The translations under genes were made by a program, and so were the position numbers. Below, one piece after another: positions 41,255-52,406 of a DNA stretch of 64,000 nt. The DNA comes from Vulcanimicrobiota bacterium. GTDB lineage: Bacteria > Vulcanimicrobiota > Vulcanimicrobiia > Vulcanimicrobiales > Vulcanimicrobiaceae. Location of the stretch: NCBI GenBank assembly GCA_963714015.1, contig OY970223.1, positions 384,001 to 448,000 of the forward strand, in the 5' to 3' direction. Every line of letters starts with the position of its first letter. Positions within the stretch are counted from its first letter, which is position 1. The notes under the pieces were generated by a model that was given only the letters and a program-made list of their open reading frames with translations, had not been told where the DNA came from and searched no databases.

Positions 41255-42450
41255 TAAACATTACCCTGCTGGGCATCGCTTTCACCAAGGGTAAGGTATC
41301 AACCGAGGGTTAGCTCGCGCTTTGCCCTTTTCCAAGCGTTTCCTTCGTCGACACGGTACGCTTTTGTCGACGCGTAGGATCCTGTTGCAACACAATGTGC
41401 GGAAAGCCCTCACGTCGCATACGCGACGCAATGTCGTATGCTTTGATTCATGATGGTGGCATCCAAGATGCAAAAGCGCGGCCGGAAATTTGGCGTGCGA
41501 TGACACGCTAAGGAATCTTATGCGGTACGCGGATGATCCAGGCGCTGGCCCGCTTGAATTGAATAAAAAAGCGAACGCCGTGCACTCAGTACTTCACATC
41601 TTATACAACCAGCAACTTTTCAATAGTCGAAGGGAAGTGGGGCGTTCCAGAGCGGCGCGATTCCGGTAACGAACCGCCGGAAAGAGGTTTGAAACTACGG
41701 CGGAGATTCAGGGATCGTCCAGGTCCGGTCTTTCAATGTGTCAGGCCCGCCTCGGTGCATTAGCGATAGCTTGTTTGGCGCCGCCGCTTGCTTACGCTAG
41801 TTGGGATGTGCGAGGAGTAGATGTGCTCGCGGCGCAAGAGCGCAGACTCGATCGACGAACCTTGCTCGTACTCGTCCAGAATACGCGCCTTGCTGCGGCA
41901 GAAAAGTGCCCGTGTAGCTTTTGCCGCGACCTCAGGGTCGATTAGAATTGGATTGCATGCATGAGACCTTTTATGCCCTGACTAATTTATTCCGGTCGAA
42001 TGGTCTCACGCGAAACTGAAACGGACGGATACGAACTTCTGGTCAGTGCAGAGGACCCAACGGCATTCTATGCATCACGCACGACAACCGACAAAGACGG
42101 ACGATTTTCGGATATCGTTGGCTCCGATACGCCGAACGTTAACGAACACTACGTGATTACGCAAACATCCATCGGAAGCAATTCCGCCCCATGTTTAAGC
42201 ACGACATTCCCTCACCACATCTTGGTAACCAACGGTTTCGTGATAATCAACTTTGCGGCGGTTCAGCCATGAACATTATGAAGGTCTTATGCCTATGCTT
42301 CCTTACCCTGATCGGATCGTCGCTGGAGCTCGTTTCGAGTTGCGGGCGAATTTCCCGGGCAGCCTAGCGCCGGAAGATGAAAAGACGGCGGTGTAATCGT
42401 GGATTGCTGGAAGCGTGCCATAAAAACGCTCGATAAGATCGGTGGAACTA

Positions 42451-42476
42451 TGGTAGCGCCAACGGGAATCGAACCC
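42451..42476 (-). repeat. att-like duplicate of the tRNA-Glu 3' end (26 bp)
   Basis: tggtagcgccaacgggaatcgaaccc is identical at 42451-42476 and 56799-56824. Confidence 0.95.
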
Positions 42477-42658
42477 CTTCTCCGCACTGCCGGCTAATGC
42501 GGCCTGTACGGGTTTTGGCCTATTTTCGCCGATTTTCGCAATCGGGTACTGCGGTCTGATGCGGTCTGCTGCGACTATTAAGTAGAACTTCAAGTAGAAG
42601 CACCTCGGGAGCATTCCGCCGTAAGGCCCGGCCATCGTTGCCCGGGCAACGCCGGGGT

Positions 42659-43417
42659 TCAGGCGCTCTGTCCCGTCGCCGCCAGCCACGCAGCATAACT
42701 CTCGTCATAATAGTCTTGCTGCGCTTGGTCTACTATCACATGTGCGAGAATGCGGCCCGAGTCGAACCCCGCACTGCGTGTATCATTGACCACGCCGTGC
42801 GCAATATATTCGTTCGGGCATTGATACACTTCAAAAAGCGACCGTGCTCCATTGGCTCGCAGAATGTCCGTCGATATAGTGTAGAACGCCGCACCATCGT
42901 ATTCTATGCTCCGAACCATGGCAGGGTTAGTCCGAAGTCGATCGACGATCCGGATAGGCTCTGGTGCTGCGATACACGCTACGTACACCGGCGGGCTTTC
43001 CCGAGAGTTCAAAAATATCGCCTGCACGCAAAAGTAAGGCCGGATATTTCGTTCGCCATCCAACTCAACATAGTACCGTCGCAATCGTTCGAACTCGACA
43101 TTGCTGTTATTCCCCCTTCGGTACCGCAGCGAAAAGCCTGTATAGACATGCCACTCGTTACCCGTGCCGAAGGGTTGAGGCCTCGCCACTAACGTGCGAC
43201 TTGCAATGCCAATCAGGCCGCCGTGCTTCTCAACTTGAATCGCATCGATTCCGCATTTGTCTAGGTACTCTGCGAGCTCGTCTTGTCGGCCTTCAACCAT
43301 GAGCACTTCACGCCCAAGGTGGCTGCGCAAAATAGGCCACACGTGCTGGCGGAATGCGACAGCGGACTCGGCCTTGTCTCGCTCTAATCTATTTGAGGAA
43401 TCGTCCTGGGCTGGCAT
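42659..43417 (-). CDS. hypothetical protein
   Basis: Open ORF from MPAQDDSS; LDKCGIDAIQV...GIASR could be a PD-(D/E)XK-like core, but this is unverified. Confidence 0.5.
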   Translation of the reverse strand: MPAQDDSSNRLERDKAESAVAFRQHVWPILRSHLGREVLMVEGRQDELAEYLDKCGIDAIQVEKHGGLIGIASRTLVARPQPFGTGNEWHVYTGFSLRYRRGNNSNVEFERLRRYYVELDGERNIRPYFCVQAIFLNSRESPPVYVACIAAPEPIRIVDRLRTNPAMVRSIEYDGAAFYTISTDILRANGARSLFEVYQCPNEYIAHGVVNDTRSAGFDSGRILAHVIVDQAQQDYYDESYAAWLAATGQSA

Positions 43418-43509
43418 CTGGTACTCCGATCTACGTTGGTTTTTGTTTACGACGCAATCTACTTCACGCACATCCACGATGCCCATGCTATTGAGGTACA
43501 GCCTAGATG

Positions 43510-44571
43510 TCACACCGGAATGCGATCGGCACCAATGTAAGTCTGTGGCCACGACATGGTCGCCGCTTCCGAGTTGTATTGGAACTGATGCGAGGGTGTG
43601 ATTGAACCTTCCCATTCATCAATTTCTTCCCACCGCGCGACACTAAGTAGGTGCGATTCAAAAACCTGCACCGGAGTAGCCGGACCATTTCGTCGCCATC
43701 GGAGCACGGGATAGCCATCTGGTTGCTCGACTTGGCCGAAAAGTCAGGCCTTCAAATACGGGGGCGCCGAGGTCCGCGACGCGATCGTGATGCGCACCAT
43801 CAGTGCGCAGCGATCCGTAGACCGCAAGGCGGGTAGTTGGCATATTGAGGAGCGAATTGAAAAAGATCACGCAATACAGGTGCCGCGAGCTGGCACAACT
43901 TCAAGATCGCGGCGAGGCTTCGTACCATCATATCCGAACTCGGATTTACCCGGATGGCTCAGGTTGTTCCGAACAAGATATAACAAAGCCGCGAGGCGAC
44001 GCATGGCCATTCGAAGATTGTTTTCGGCGCCGGTTTTCAAAGCCGTGTTGCGCGCGGCGACGAATCCACGGTGCAGTGAGCGAGCCTGCTCAAATACATC
44101 GGCGGCAAGCTGCTCTTTTGGAACACCAAGATTGTGCATCATTCGCGCCACATACGCTTCGTTGTAGATCGGCGGTTGCAATGCAGCGAGAGCGTCGACG
44201 TTCTTGCTCGCTAATATGTGCTGCAGCATCGGTTTTGAGAGACCGTCCCCGCTATAATAACGGATGGTCTGGCCTTCCCTTACATTCCCTCCGACGTCAA
44301 CGAAGTCGCCAGATAAACCACCAAAACGGGCATACACGTATCCCTTCGCGAATGCGGCAAACGCCGTTGCGAGATCGCGATATTCGTGGCGCGTGTCGCG
44401 ATCGTTCCAGGCGAGGCTAAATGCTTCAAGCCCAAGTACTAAATCCGAAAGCGCGACCGCATTCGTGTCCCACCAGGTCACGTACTCCTCCTCCCAGAGC
44501 CAAGTTCGCTATCGTATCACGCTTGTCAAGTCCGGTCTGGGACGTGAACCGCCCCACGTTCTGAACGGCAT
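43510..44571 (-). CDS. HEPN-like domain fused to gamma-glutamylcyclotransferase (AIG2-like) domain, frameshifted
   Basis: LYLVRNNLSHPGK (RxxxxH), then RLAVYGSLR.DG.HH and W..IDEWEG in downstream frames; boundaries approximate. Confidence 0.55.
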
Positions 44572-44857
44572 GGTCGTTACCTACGCGACCGCTGTTCGAT
44601 TGCGCGCCTCGATTCTTCAGCCAGGCTCGCCAAAAGCGCGTCCGAATACGGCTTGCTGTGAGCGAGCAGCACATAGGTGGCAATACGCGTTCCCGTTCTG
44701 ATCGCCGTGAAGTGGGAAGCCGCCGACTCGGTCTGAAGGAGCCAGCCTTCCGCACTCGGCGCATGATGTGACGTCATACCGATCATTGCTGCCATCATGC
44801 GCGCACGGAAGCATGCTGCGCCGCACTTCATGATGATCGTTCTGTTCGTTAGTGTAA

Positions 44858-45368
44858 TCACCCATGGATTGTAATCTCGATTGCGCTGGGGTCGACTCCA
44901 TACGTCATGGACAATCCTTGTTTTGCGGTGGCGATTGTCAAGGGTACAAACTCGCGGGGTCACCGAGGAGTGGTCGACGACCTGGACTTCGACCGGTTCA
45001 AACTTCAGCGCCGTTACCTCAATACCGAGGTCGGATAGGGAAGTGTACCATACTGGATTTCGCTGCGCGTTCCACGCCTGCGGTACCGAGATACGCGCGA
45101 CAGAAGTGAAGCGAATTATCGAGCGTCCTACCGGCTCGGGCGCCGCCGCCGGCTCTATCGACGCAATCGGCGCCACGAGGAAAGCCTCCCCGTGATCGTA
45201 TGGCTCGTTCGCGGAGGCGAATTCCCCCTGGGCATTCCAGATGCACACAAGGTAGCGACAGCGACGCGCCGATGATCCAATCTTCCACGCCTGAGAACCA
45301 CCATCGCGCAGCATACGTTCAATGTTGCGGCTCGTCAGGACCGCAATGCATGAGTCCGCGTCCTTCAC
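44858..45368 (-). CDS. conserved-looking hypothetical protein, frameshift near 44950
   Basis: GGSQAW...YLVC...HGEAFLV...W.AQRNPVWY..L..LGI; the alternative frame gives LTIATAKQGLSMTYGVDPSAIEITIHG*. Confidence 0.55.
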
Positions 45369-45590
45369 ATAAATATTATATCGATTTTATATGACTATTT
45401 CAACCCTCCGAGGCAAATATCGATTCACGTCCTTAATAGCGCGAGAATCCGGATGTATTCTGCGGAGCGAACCCGACCGATCTCCACAATGCCATACTGT
45501 TAGCATCACACCAAATTATGCTTAGCCGCGAACGCACCGCGAAGATCGCCTAGAAGGATCTTTTTGTGACAGGCATATTTAACACGTGCA

Positions 45591-46543
45591 ATGCTGGCAA
45601 GAAAGTCTAGCCCTAAAATCCCCGTAACCGATACGCTGCCTCGAAGAGTCCCAGGAGGATCTTCTATGGCACGGCGATGTCGAGGCTTTGCTCGACGACC
45701 TTCCCGAAGCACCGCTCTTCGATCTCATCGTGAGTTCGCCGCCCTATAACATCGGAAAGGCTTACGAATGGAGGGCGGATATGGCGAAATACCAAGAATG
45801 GCAGGAGCGGGTGCTGCGCAAGATGGTCCAGCGCCTATCACCGAGTGGCAGTTTGTGCTGGCAAGTCGGGAATTACGTTGCCGATAACGAGATATTGCCG
45901 CTTGATATTCTCTTTCACCCGATTATGAAAAGCCTCGGCTTAAGACTGCGAAATCGAATCATCTGGACTTTCGGACACGGATTGCACACAAGGCGAAGGT
46001 TCAGCGGCCGTTACGAAGTCATTTTGTGGTACACGAGGAGCGACGAATACGAATTTGACCTCGACGCGGTCCGCGTGCCAGCGAAATACCCGGGTAAGAG
46101 ATCTTTTCGCGGCCCGCGCCAGGGCATGCCCTCGGGAAACCCCCTCGGCAAAAATCCGGAGGATGTATGGGAGTTTCCGTTCACAGAAATTGACGATGTC
46201 TGGCGGAACATTCCTAACGTCAAATCAAATCACATCGAAAAAACCGACCACCCATGTCAGTTTCCGGTTGGCCTAATTGAGGAGGCTGATTTTTGCGCTC
46301 ACTAAACCAGGAGCGCTCGTCTTCGATCCGTTCGCCGGCGTTGGATCGGCGGGCGTTGCTGCGTTGCTGCACAACCGGCACTTCTGGGGTTGCGAGATCG
46401 ATGCGAAATACATTGCGATCGCGCGCGAGCGGCTTGAAGGCGCCGCAGCAGGTCTCGCTTCCTATCGGCCGCACACAAAGCCACTATACGATCACACCAA
46501 GTCGCGACTGGCGCTAGTCCCACCGGAATGGGATTCGGAGTGA
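45591..46543 (+). CDS. site-specific DNA methyltransferase, beta class (N4-C/N6-A; M.BglII/M.BstYI-like), frameshifted
   Basis: DLIVSSPPYNIGK (motif IV), CWQVGNYV, LRNRIIW.FGHGLH, HPCQFP, VFDPFAGVGS (motif I). Confidence 0.92.
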
Positions 46544-47009
46544 ACTTTCTGCTGTACGACCATCGCGGCGGAGCAGCGGTATTGAATCGATCTTGCGTTG
46601 AATCGGTGAAAAGCGTTATAAACGGCGTGGCGCTCACGAAAAGAGAGCGGACAACTCAGAGAGTGCGGGCCCGAATCCTTGAAGGGCTGCATCACGCGGG
46701 TTGGTCGGATGAAACGAAACTAGACCCTGGGCTCGGCTATTACAGTGACGAGTGTTCGAAACTCCGTCGGACTTGTGTTTTCAGACGGGCAACACAAGCA
46801 GAATGTACGCAGACCTGTTGAAATTGCAGTTGCTCTTCAGCCGCAAGAAAATTGCTGGCGCAATTCTGTTGCTGTACTCGAAAGTTTCTGCACGCGAATT
46901 AGGCGAAAACCTTGCACACTTCGACAGATTGACGAGAGAGCTCGAACTTTTCAAGGAGATAATAACCGTGCCGGCACTTGTTTTTGGCCTGGAAGTAATT
47001 GAATCATGA
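46540..47009 (+). CDS. BglII/BstYI-family type II restriction endonuclease-like protein, frameshifted
   Basis: GTGA overlap with the MTase; L...GW, FQTGNTSRMYADLLKLQ, NLAHFDRLTREL, ITVP.LVFG. Confidence 0.7.
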
Positions 47010-48261
47010 AGCTCGGCTGGGAAAAACCACGACGCTTGACGACGCTTCAGGAGTGGAGCACGCAACCAGCGGCTACCACGTATCCGGTGCCATTCCAAGG
47101 TACACTACAGCATCTACCTATCAGAACCGCATCGATCGAGATGCCCAAGTACCGGTTAGACAACGGCAGAACTGAGGCGGCGCATCTCAATACCTCGCAA
47201 TGCATCCCGAATTTGATCCCGATATCTTCACAAAGGATCTCGAATCTGAAGCCCGCACAGAACGCACAACACGAAATACTCTCCACACTCATCAACGAAA
47301 AGGACCTACTTCCCTGACTTTCGGGATCACGAGCAAGAAGAACCCCTCATCCTGACGCATGACGGTTTCGTACTGAACGGCAACCGGCGGCTCTGTGTTT
47401 TTAGGACCTTATTTTACGACTCGCCGAAGACGTACCCCAACTTCGCAAATGTTTCTGTTGTGGTTTTGCCATACGGTGACGAAAAGGACCACGACCGCCT
47501 CGAGTCCCGGCTGCAACGCGAGCGCGATCTCCGCGCCGACTATCCGTGGTACTCCGATGCAGTCAAGTATCGAAAACGGTTAAGGAAATTCGGCGATGCC
47601 GAAGTCGCCGCAATGGAAGATGTTAGCAAGGAACACATCATCAAGTACATTTCGATGCTTGACCTTGCGGAAAAATACCTAGAATATCGGGGCGCTCGGC
47701 TTCGATACGCGCTATTGAGTGAAGCCAAGGCTGGAGGAGGCGATGGCTTCTTTGCGTTTGAAGTGATTTTCAAGAACCGCACCAAATTTAAAGATGCGGC
47801 GGAGAAAGAGGCCTTCATCTACGCCTGCTTTGCGGAGCTCCAAACGAAAAGGTAGAGCGTATGAAACAATTCCTAAAATCGCTGAGTACTTCGCGTACGT
47901 CACAAAAGAGATACCAGCCCCTACACATGCGACCGAAGGTGGTGCCAATGCCGTTGACGAGTTCTTCGGAAAAGACAAGAACAATGAATTCGCACCCGTG
48001 GCCGAATATGCGACGAAATTCGAGCACGCGGAAGCGCTTCGCGCAATTGCGCAAGAGGTCGTCGAAGAACGGGAGCGGATAAAGAGCGATACCAAAAAGC
48101 AAAACTTTGTGTATCAGCAGGTCAAAAAGGCCACCACCATCCTGAAGGAGGCATTTAACGGCATTCGCGACGGGTCGAGCCAGGCTGGAGTGAACGAGCA
48201 ACTCGCTGAAGCACAAGAATATATCGAGAGACTGCGGGAGTGGGCGACACCAAAAGCCTAG
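47006..48261 (+). CDS. ParB/Srx-like domain protein, frameshifted
   Basis: ATGA overlap; YRLDNGRT; QEEPLILTHDGFVLNGNRRL readable at about 47333-47395. Confidence 0.7.
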
Positions 48262-50047
48262 TTCGCGCCGCGTATCTGTCGAGAAGCGCGCGCGTGAAGT
48301 TGAGTCGCGACGCACCATCCACAGCGTGGATGGCTATTTGGGATAAACGCCACGAGCTTTCGGACGACGTGCACGATGAGAGCCTCACCGAGATTTCGAT
48401 CCCGGTTTGGCTGCTGTTCGGTCTCGGCTCGACCTTTCGGCATTACGCGCGCGTCGGTCGCTTGGCATTTGAACCTGACAGTGGGACCGCAACCATACTC
48501 AGAAACGGCTTAGCAAGCCGTCAAGAGCGCTGGAGCGGGCTGCTCCAATTGAGTTGACCGCCACCGAGGTGCAAGAACAACTGCGCGCCGCCGGTTTCAT
48601 CAGAACTCTGACACCTGAGCAGGCACGCAACGTCGCGCGGCTACAACGTTATTCGGCCGGCGCGGATTTTTCGGTTCCCGGCGCCGGCAAGACAACCGAT
48701 GCCTTGGCGTTCTTCGCGCTAAAACGCAGGGCCAGGGAAGGTCTCGTCGTCATTTCGCCTCTGAACGCGTTTGCTCCATGGGAAGAACAAATCCAATTTT
48801 GCTTTGGTGTCGGCAAATTGCGCACCGTACGCCTCGTTGGAAGCGTCCAGCATATCCAAGAACTGCTTAATTACGAACCAGACGTCGCGCTGATCGATTA
48901 CCATAAGTTTTCGCAAGCCGCGGTTCACAGTGTCCTTGCAGATTACATTGCTGCGAAGCGAACGTTCGTCTTCCTCGACGAGAGTCATAAAATAAAGCGG
49001 GGTGAGGATGGTGCCTGGGGAAACGTGGTGCTCAGCATTGCGCACCTGCCCACGTACAAGCTTGTCTTATCTGGCACGCCGCTACCGAATTCGGAAGCCG
49101 ATCTTGTGGCGCAGATGCGCTTCCTCCACTATGAAGAAGATATCGACGAGCAAAACGTAACGCAGCTGATTCAGCCAATTTTCGTCCGTACGACCAAAGA
49201 CGAACTTGGGCTTCCGGAGGTTATCCGGCGGGCTGTTCCGGTCGCGCTCAGACCCGGCCAACGGAATCTGTACGAGATTCTCTCAACATCGCTTTCCCAA
49301 GAAATACAGATGGCATTGAGCCGGCGTGAGCGCGTCTCTGTTCGTCAGAGTCGGCAAAAGCGTCCTCAGGCTACTCAAGTTTGTTTCCAATCCGGCATTG
49401 CTGATTGCGGAACTTCAAGCGCAGCAAGCTGCGGCGCTACGTGACGTTCTCCTCAGTGAGGATTCGCGAAAAATCGAGTACGCCGTAACCCGTGCGAGAG
49501 AGCTCGCCGCCAACGGCCGCAAATGCATAATTTGGTCTTCATTCATAGACAATGTCGAAGTCATAGCCGGAAGGCTGTCCGATTTGGGTGCCGAGTACAT
49601 ACACGGTGACGTTAGCGTAGGTTCAGAAGAGGACGACACTCGCGAACGACGGATCAAACAATTTCATGAAGACGATGACCGCTTTGTTCTGGTAGCAAAC
49701 CCAGTGCGGCTGGGGAAGCGATCAGTTTGATACGGTCTGCCACAACGCGATTTACGTTGATCGCACGTACAACGCTGCACAGTTCTTGCAGTCCGAAGAA
49801 CGAATCCATCGTGTCGGTTTGTCAAAGGATACCGTTACCGAGGTCGAGATACTTGTTGCGCCGAGAACGATTGACGAGTCTGTGAACCGGCGGTTGATCC
49901 AAAAGGTAGCGACCATGAGCCGTGTGCTAAATGATCCGGCTCTGCACATTGACCCTGAATATGAGGATTCCGGATGATGACGAGGACGTTGCCGTCGACG
50001 ATCTACGAGATTTTCTACAGGACGTGAGCACGGAAGCGGCATCATGA
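48240..50047 (+). CDS. SNF2-family (DEAD/H) helicase/ATPase, frameshifted
   Basis: FSVPGAGKTT, FLDESHKIK, LSGTPLPN, KCIIWSSF, VLVANP, CHNAIYVDRTYNAAQFLQSEERIHRVG. Confidence 0.85.
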
Positions 50048-50955
50048 ACCTTTCCGTGGGTGTGTTGTACGATTGCCAGAAATTCATCGAACTGTGCGAA
50101 TCACGGGCATTTGCACTCAATGACGTTAGGCAGGCCTTCCAGCACCGTTATGAGGCAGCCCGATAGGTGCAGTGCTCGATATGATCCGGGCCACAAATTG
50201 GATACCACTTTGAGGATGACGGTCTACTACGCCTCACCGAACGAGGACGGCGCATATTGCACTGCCGGATGCGGTCGCGGCTCTGCGGCTGCAGCTTATG
50301 GATTTCATTGAGCAGATTGTTAAGCCGACGTGGGCGAGCTTGATCCCACGCGGCCGAAGGGAGACATTGGCGTATCTTCCCGTAGATGTGCGTCAGTGCT
50401 TCAACGAGGCGTACCTGAGTTCCGGATACGACGAACAGGTTGTTGCCTTTTGGGATCGCGCGGCAAATTTATCACGCGGACGCACTGACGACATTCTGTT
50501 GCAGATCGGACGTGAGGGCGAGCGGCTCAGTATCGCGTACGAAACTGAACGTACTGGCCGTGTCCCGGGGTGAAGGCGATCGATTCAAACGTCGCTGGCT
50601 ATGACCTACTCTCGACGGTCGCCCGTGAGGACTCGACCCGCTGAAAATTGAGGTAAAGGCCGTAAAGCGTGTCGATGAACAAGCCTTTTACCTGACCCGC
50701 AACGAGTGGTCGTGCGCCACTGGCCACGGCAAATATGTGCTTCACCTTTGGCTTCTGGGAAAAGTGCCAACGCTCGTCATCAAGTTACCTGACGAGATCG
50801 CGGAACATGTGCCCATAGACAGCGGCTGCGGGCTGTGGCGATCAGTTAAGATTTTGACGTTCGAGGGCGGCGCGACACAGATTAGGCTGACAAAATCGGA
50901 TCGAATTATTGATACGCGCGACGCAAAAAGTGCCGGCTACTTTACTGACTCCTAG
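50044..50955 (+). CDS. DUF3883 (NOV_C) PD-(D/E)XK nuclease-domain protein, frameshifted
   Basis: ATGA overlap; IGREGERLSIAYE, DSNVAGYDLLS, LKIEVKA, FYLTRNEW. Confidence 0.75.
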
Positions 50956-51919
50956 GAAGAATCCACGCCACCTATTTTTTCCAGGCTGGATTTAACTGTT
51001 GGAAAGATCTGCCGAGCGTTTTGGGACTCGCGCAAGTCACTGGCGCATTCCGACCCATGGCCATAAGACTCCAGGAATGCGTCGATCTCGTCGGCGGGCC
51101 CAAACGTCACCGTATTTATGATGTTGCCAGCGTTTACGCAGTCAGGAACTTCGCAGATGACGGTAAGCGTGATGTCGCCGACGGACTTAAGCGCCATGAT
51201 GTTTTTAGCCGCCCTCTTTCAGTCGTTCTTTGCTCGTGTCCCCATCCTGCCCGACGAGTCCGCCAATGGGTTGCGCTAGTTCCAGCCCGAGGTTCACAAA
51301 CTTAGCGCGGGTAACTCCAGTCATCGGGAGGCGCGTCTAAGCCGCGCGGCACTTTATGATGTCGCCGATAGACCGCCTCCGGGTTGAAAAACATCTGGAA
51401 GAAGTCCCGAAGGCCTGCGAGTGCTGGAATACCATAGTGCTATGTTACCGCCAAGTGACGCGATTGTTCCTCGTGATCTGCGCCGTCCGAGCCGCCTAGT
51501 CGGTCGGCCTCGCGTTCATGGCTGCCTTCGCGCCCCGCATTACGATTACGATTGCACCGACGTTCGATGCTTGAAGACGCGAGTATGCGAACGTATACGG
51601 CAATCTACGTATACCTTCGTAGATTTTCGTAGGCTCCGCAAATTTTTAGAGTCTTTCCCCGGTTCGCCGCCGGCTGGCAGGGTCGGACACCCGCAGACGT
51701 TGGCGCGCCCAGCTGCCGCAGCCAGGCGGCCGCACCCCGGCGGGCTGGTAGGCCTTTGGGCACTGGCCCCTGGGACGGCGCATATGCCGCGGCATATTCA
51801 CCGTGGTCATAATGCCGCGGCATAACGGACAATCTCCTCCGGTGGGAACCCCGAACCAAATCCGCGCTGGCTGCCCATGGCCATCCAGGAGCGACGCCAG
51901 TCCCTGGGCGCACGTGCCA

Positions 51920-52310
51920 CCCGAGAAGAGATCGCGCATAAGGCGCACCTGAACTTACGGCATTTGCGTGCAGCGGTATCATGCGGCAGTTGCAGAAGTG
52001 ATGAGGACTAAGCGAATCGTTGTGCGCGGCTATAGCGGTTCTGATCCGCATATCAACGCATGGCTATATGAAAGCGCCAGACTTCACGGCGAATCGTTTT
52101 GCATGGCGTATGTCACAAAGCAGGAGAATTTCAGTCCTGTAATCGCCACACGCGAAATGGAATTCATTCAAGGTGTAACCCGGTTACGGAGCACCATCAC
52201 GAATTGCTGGGCATGTGCGCTACATCGGCAGCAACGTCGCTGGAACTGGCGTAGGCCTACCGCTAGACGATGAGGCGCAGGCAAAACTCCTGCATTTCGT
52301 ACTTAGTTAA
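51920..52310 (+). pseudogene. fragment resembling the C-terminal part of a SIR2-like domain
   Basis: RIVVRGYSGSDPHINAWL resembles the GYSxxDxHIN motif; in-frame stop just upstream; no N-terminal half found. Confidence 0.4.
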
Positions 52311-52406
52311 CGTCACAAGAACAGAGTTGGCTCTGCCACAAGCGGCTAACCGCGGTCCTTATCCGTCGGGCATATCCGTGGCCCTATCGGTGGAGTCACG
52401 CACGCA

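Noticed and set aside
41500..42450. Possible integrase next to the att copy
   Set aside because: Only short ORFs with no recombinase catalytic motifs.
45591..50955. DISARM or BREX assignment
   Set aside because: No DUF1998, PLD, PglZ or BrxC-type genes recognised.
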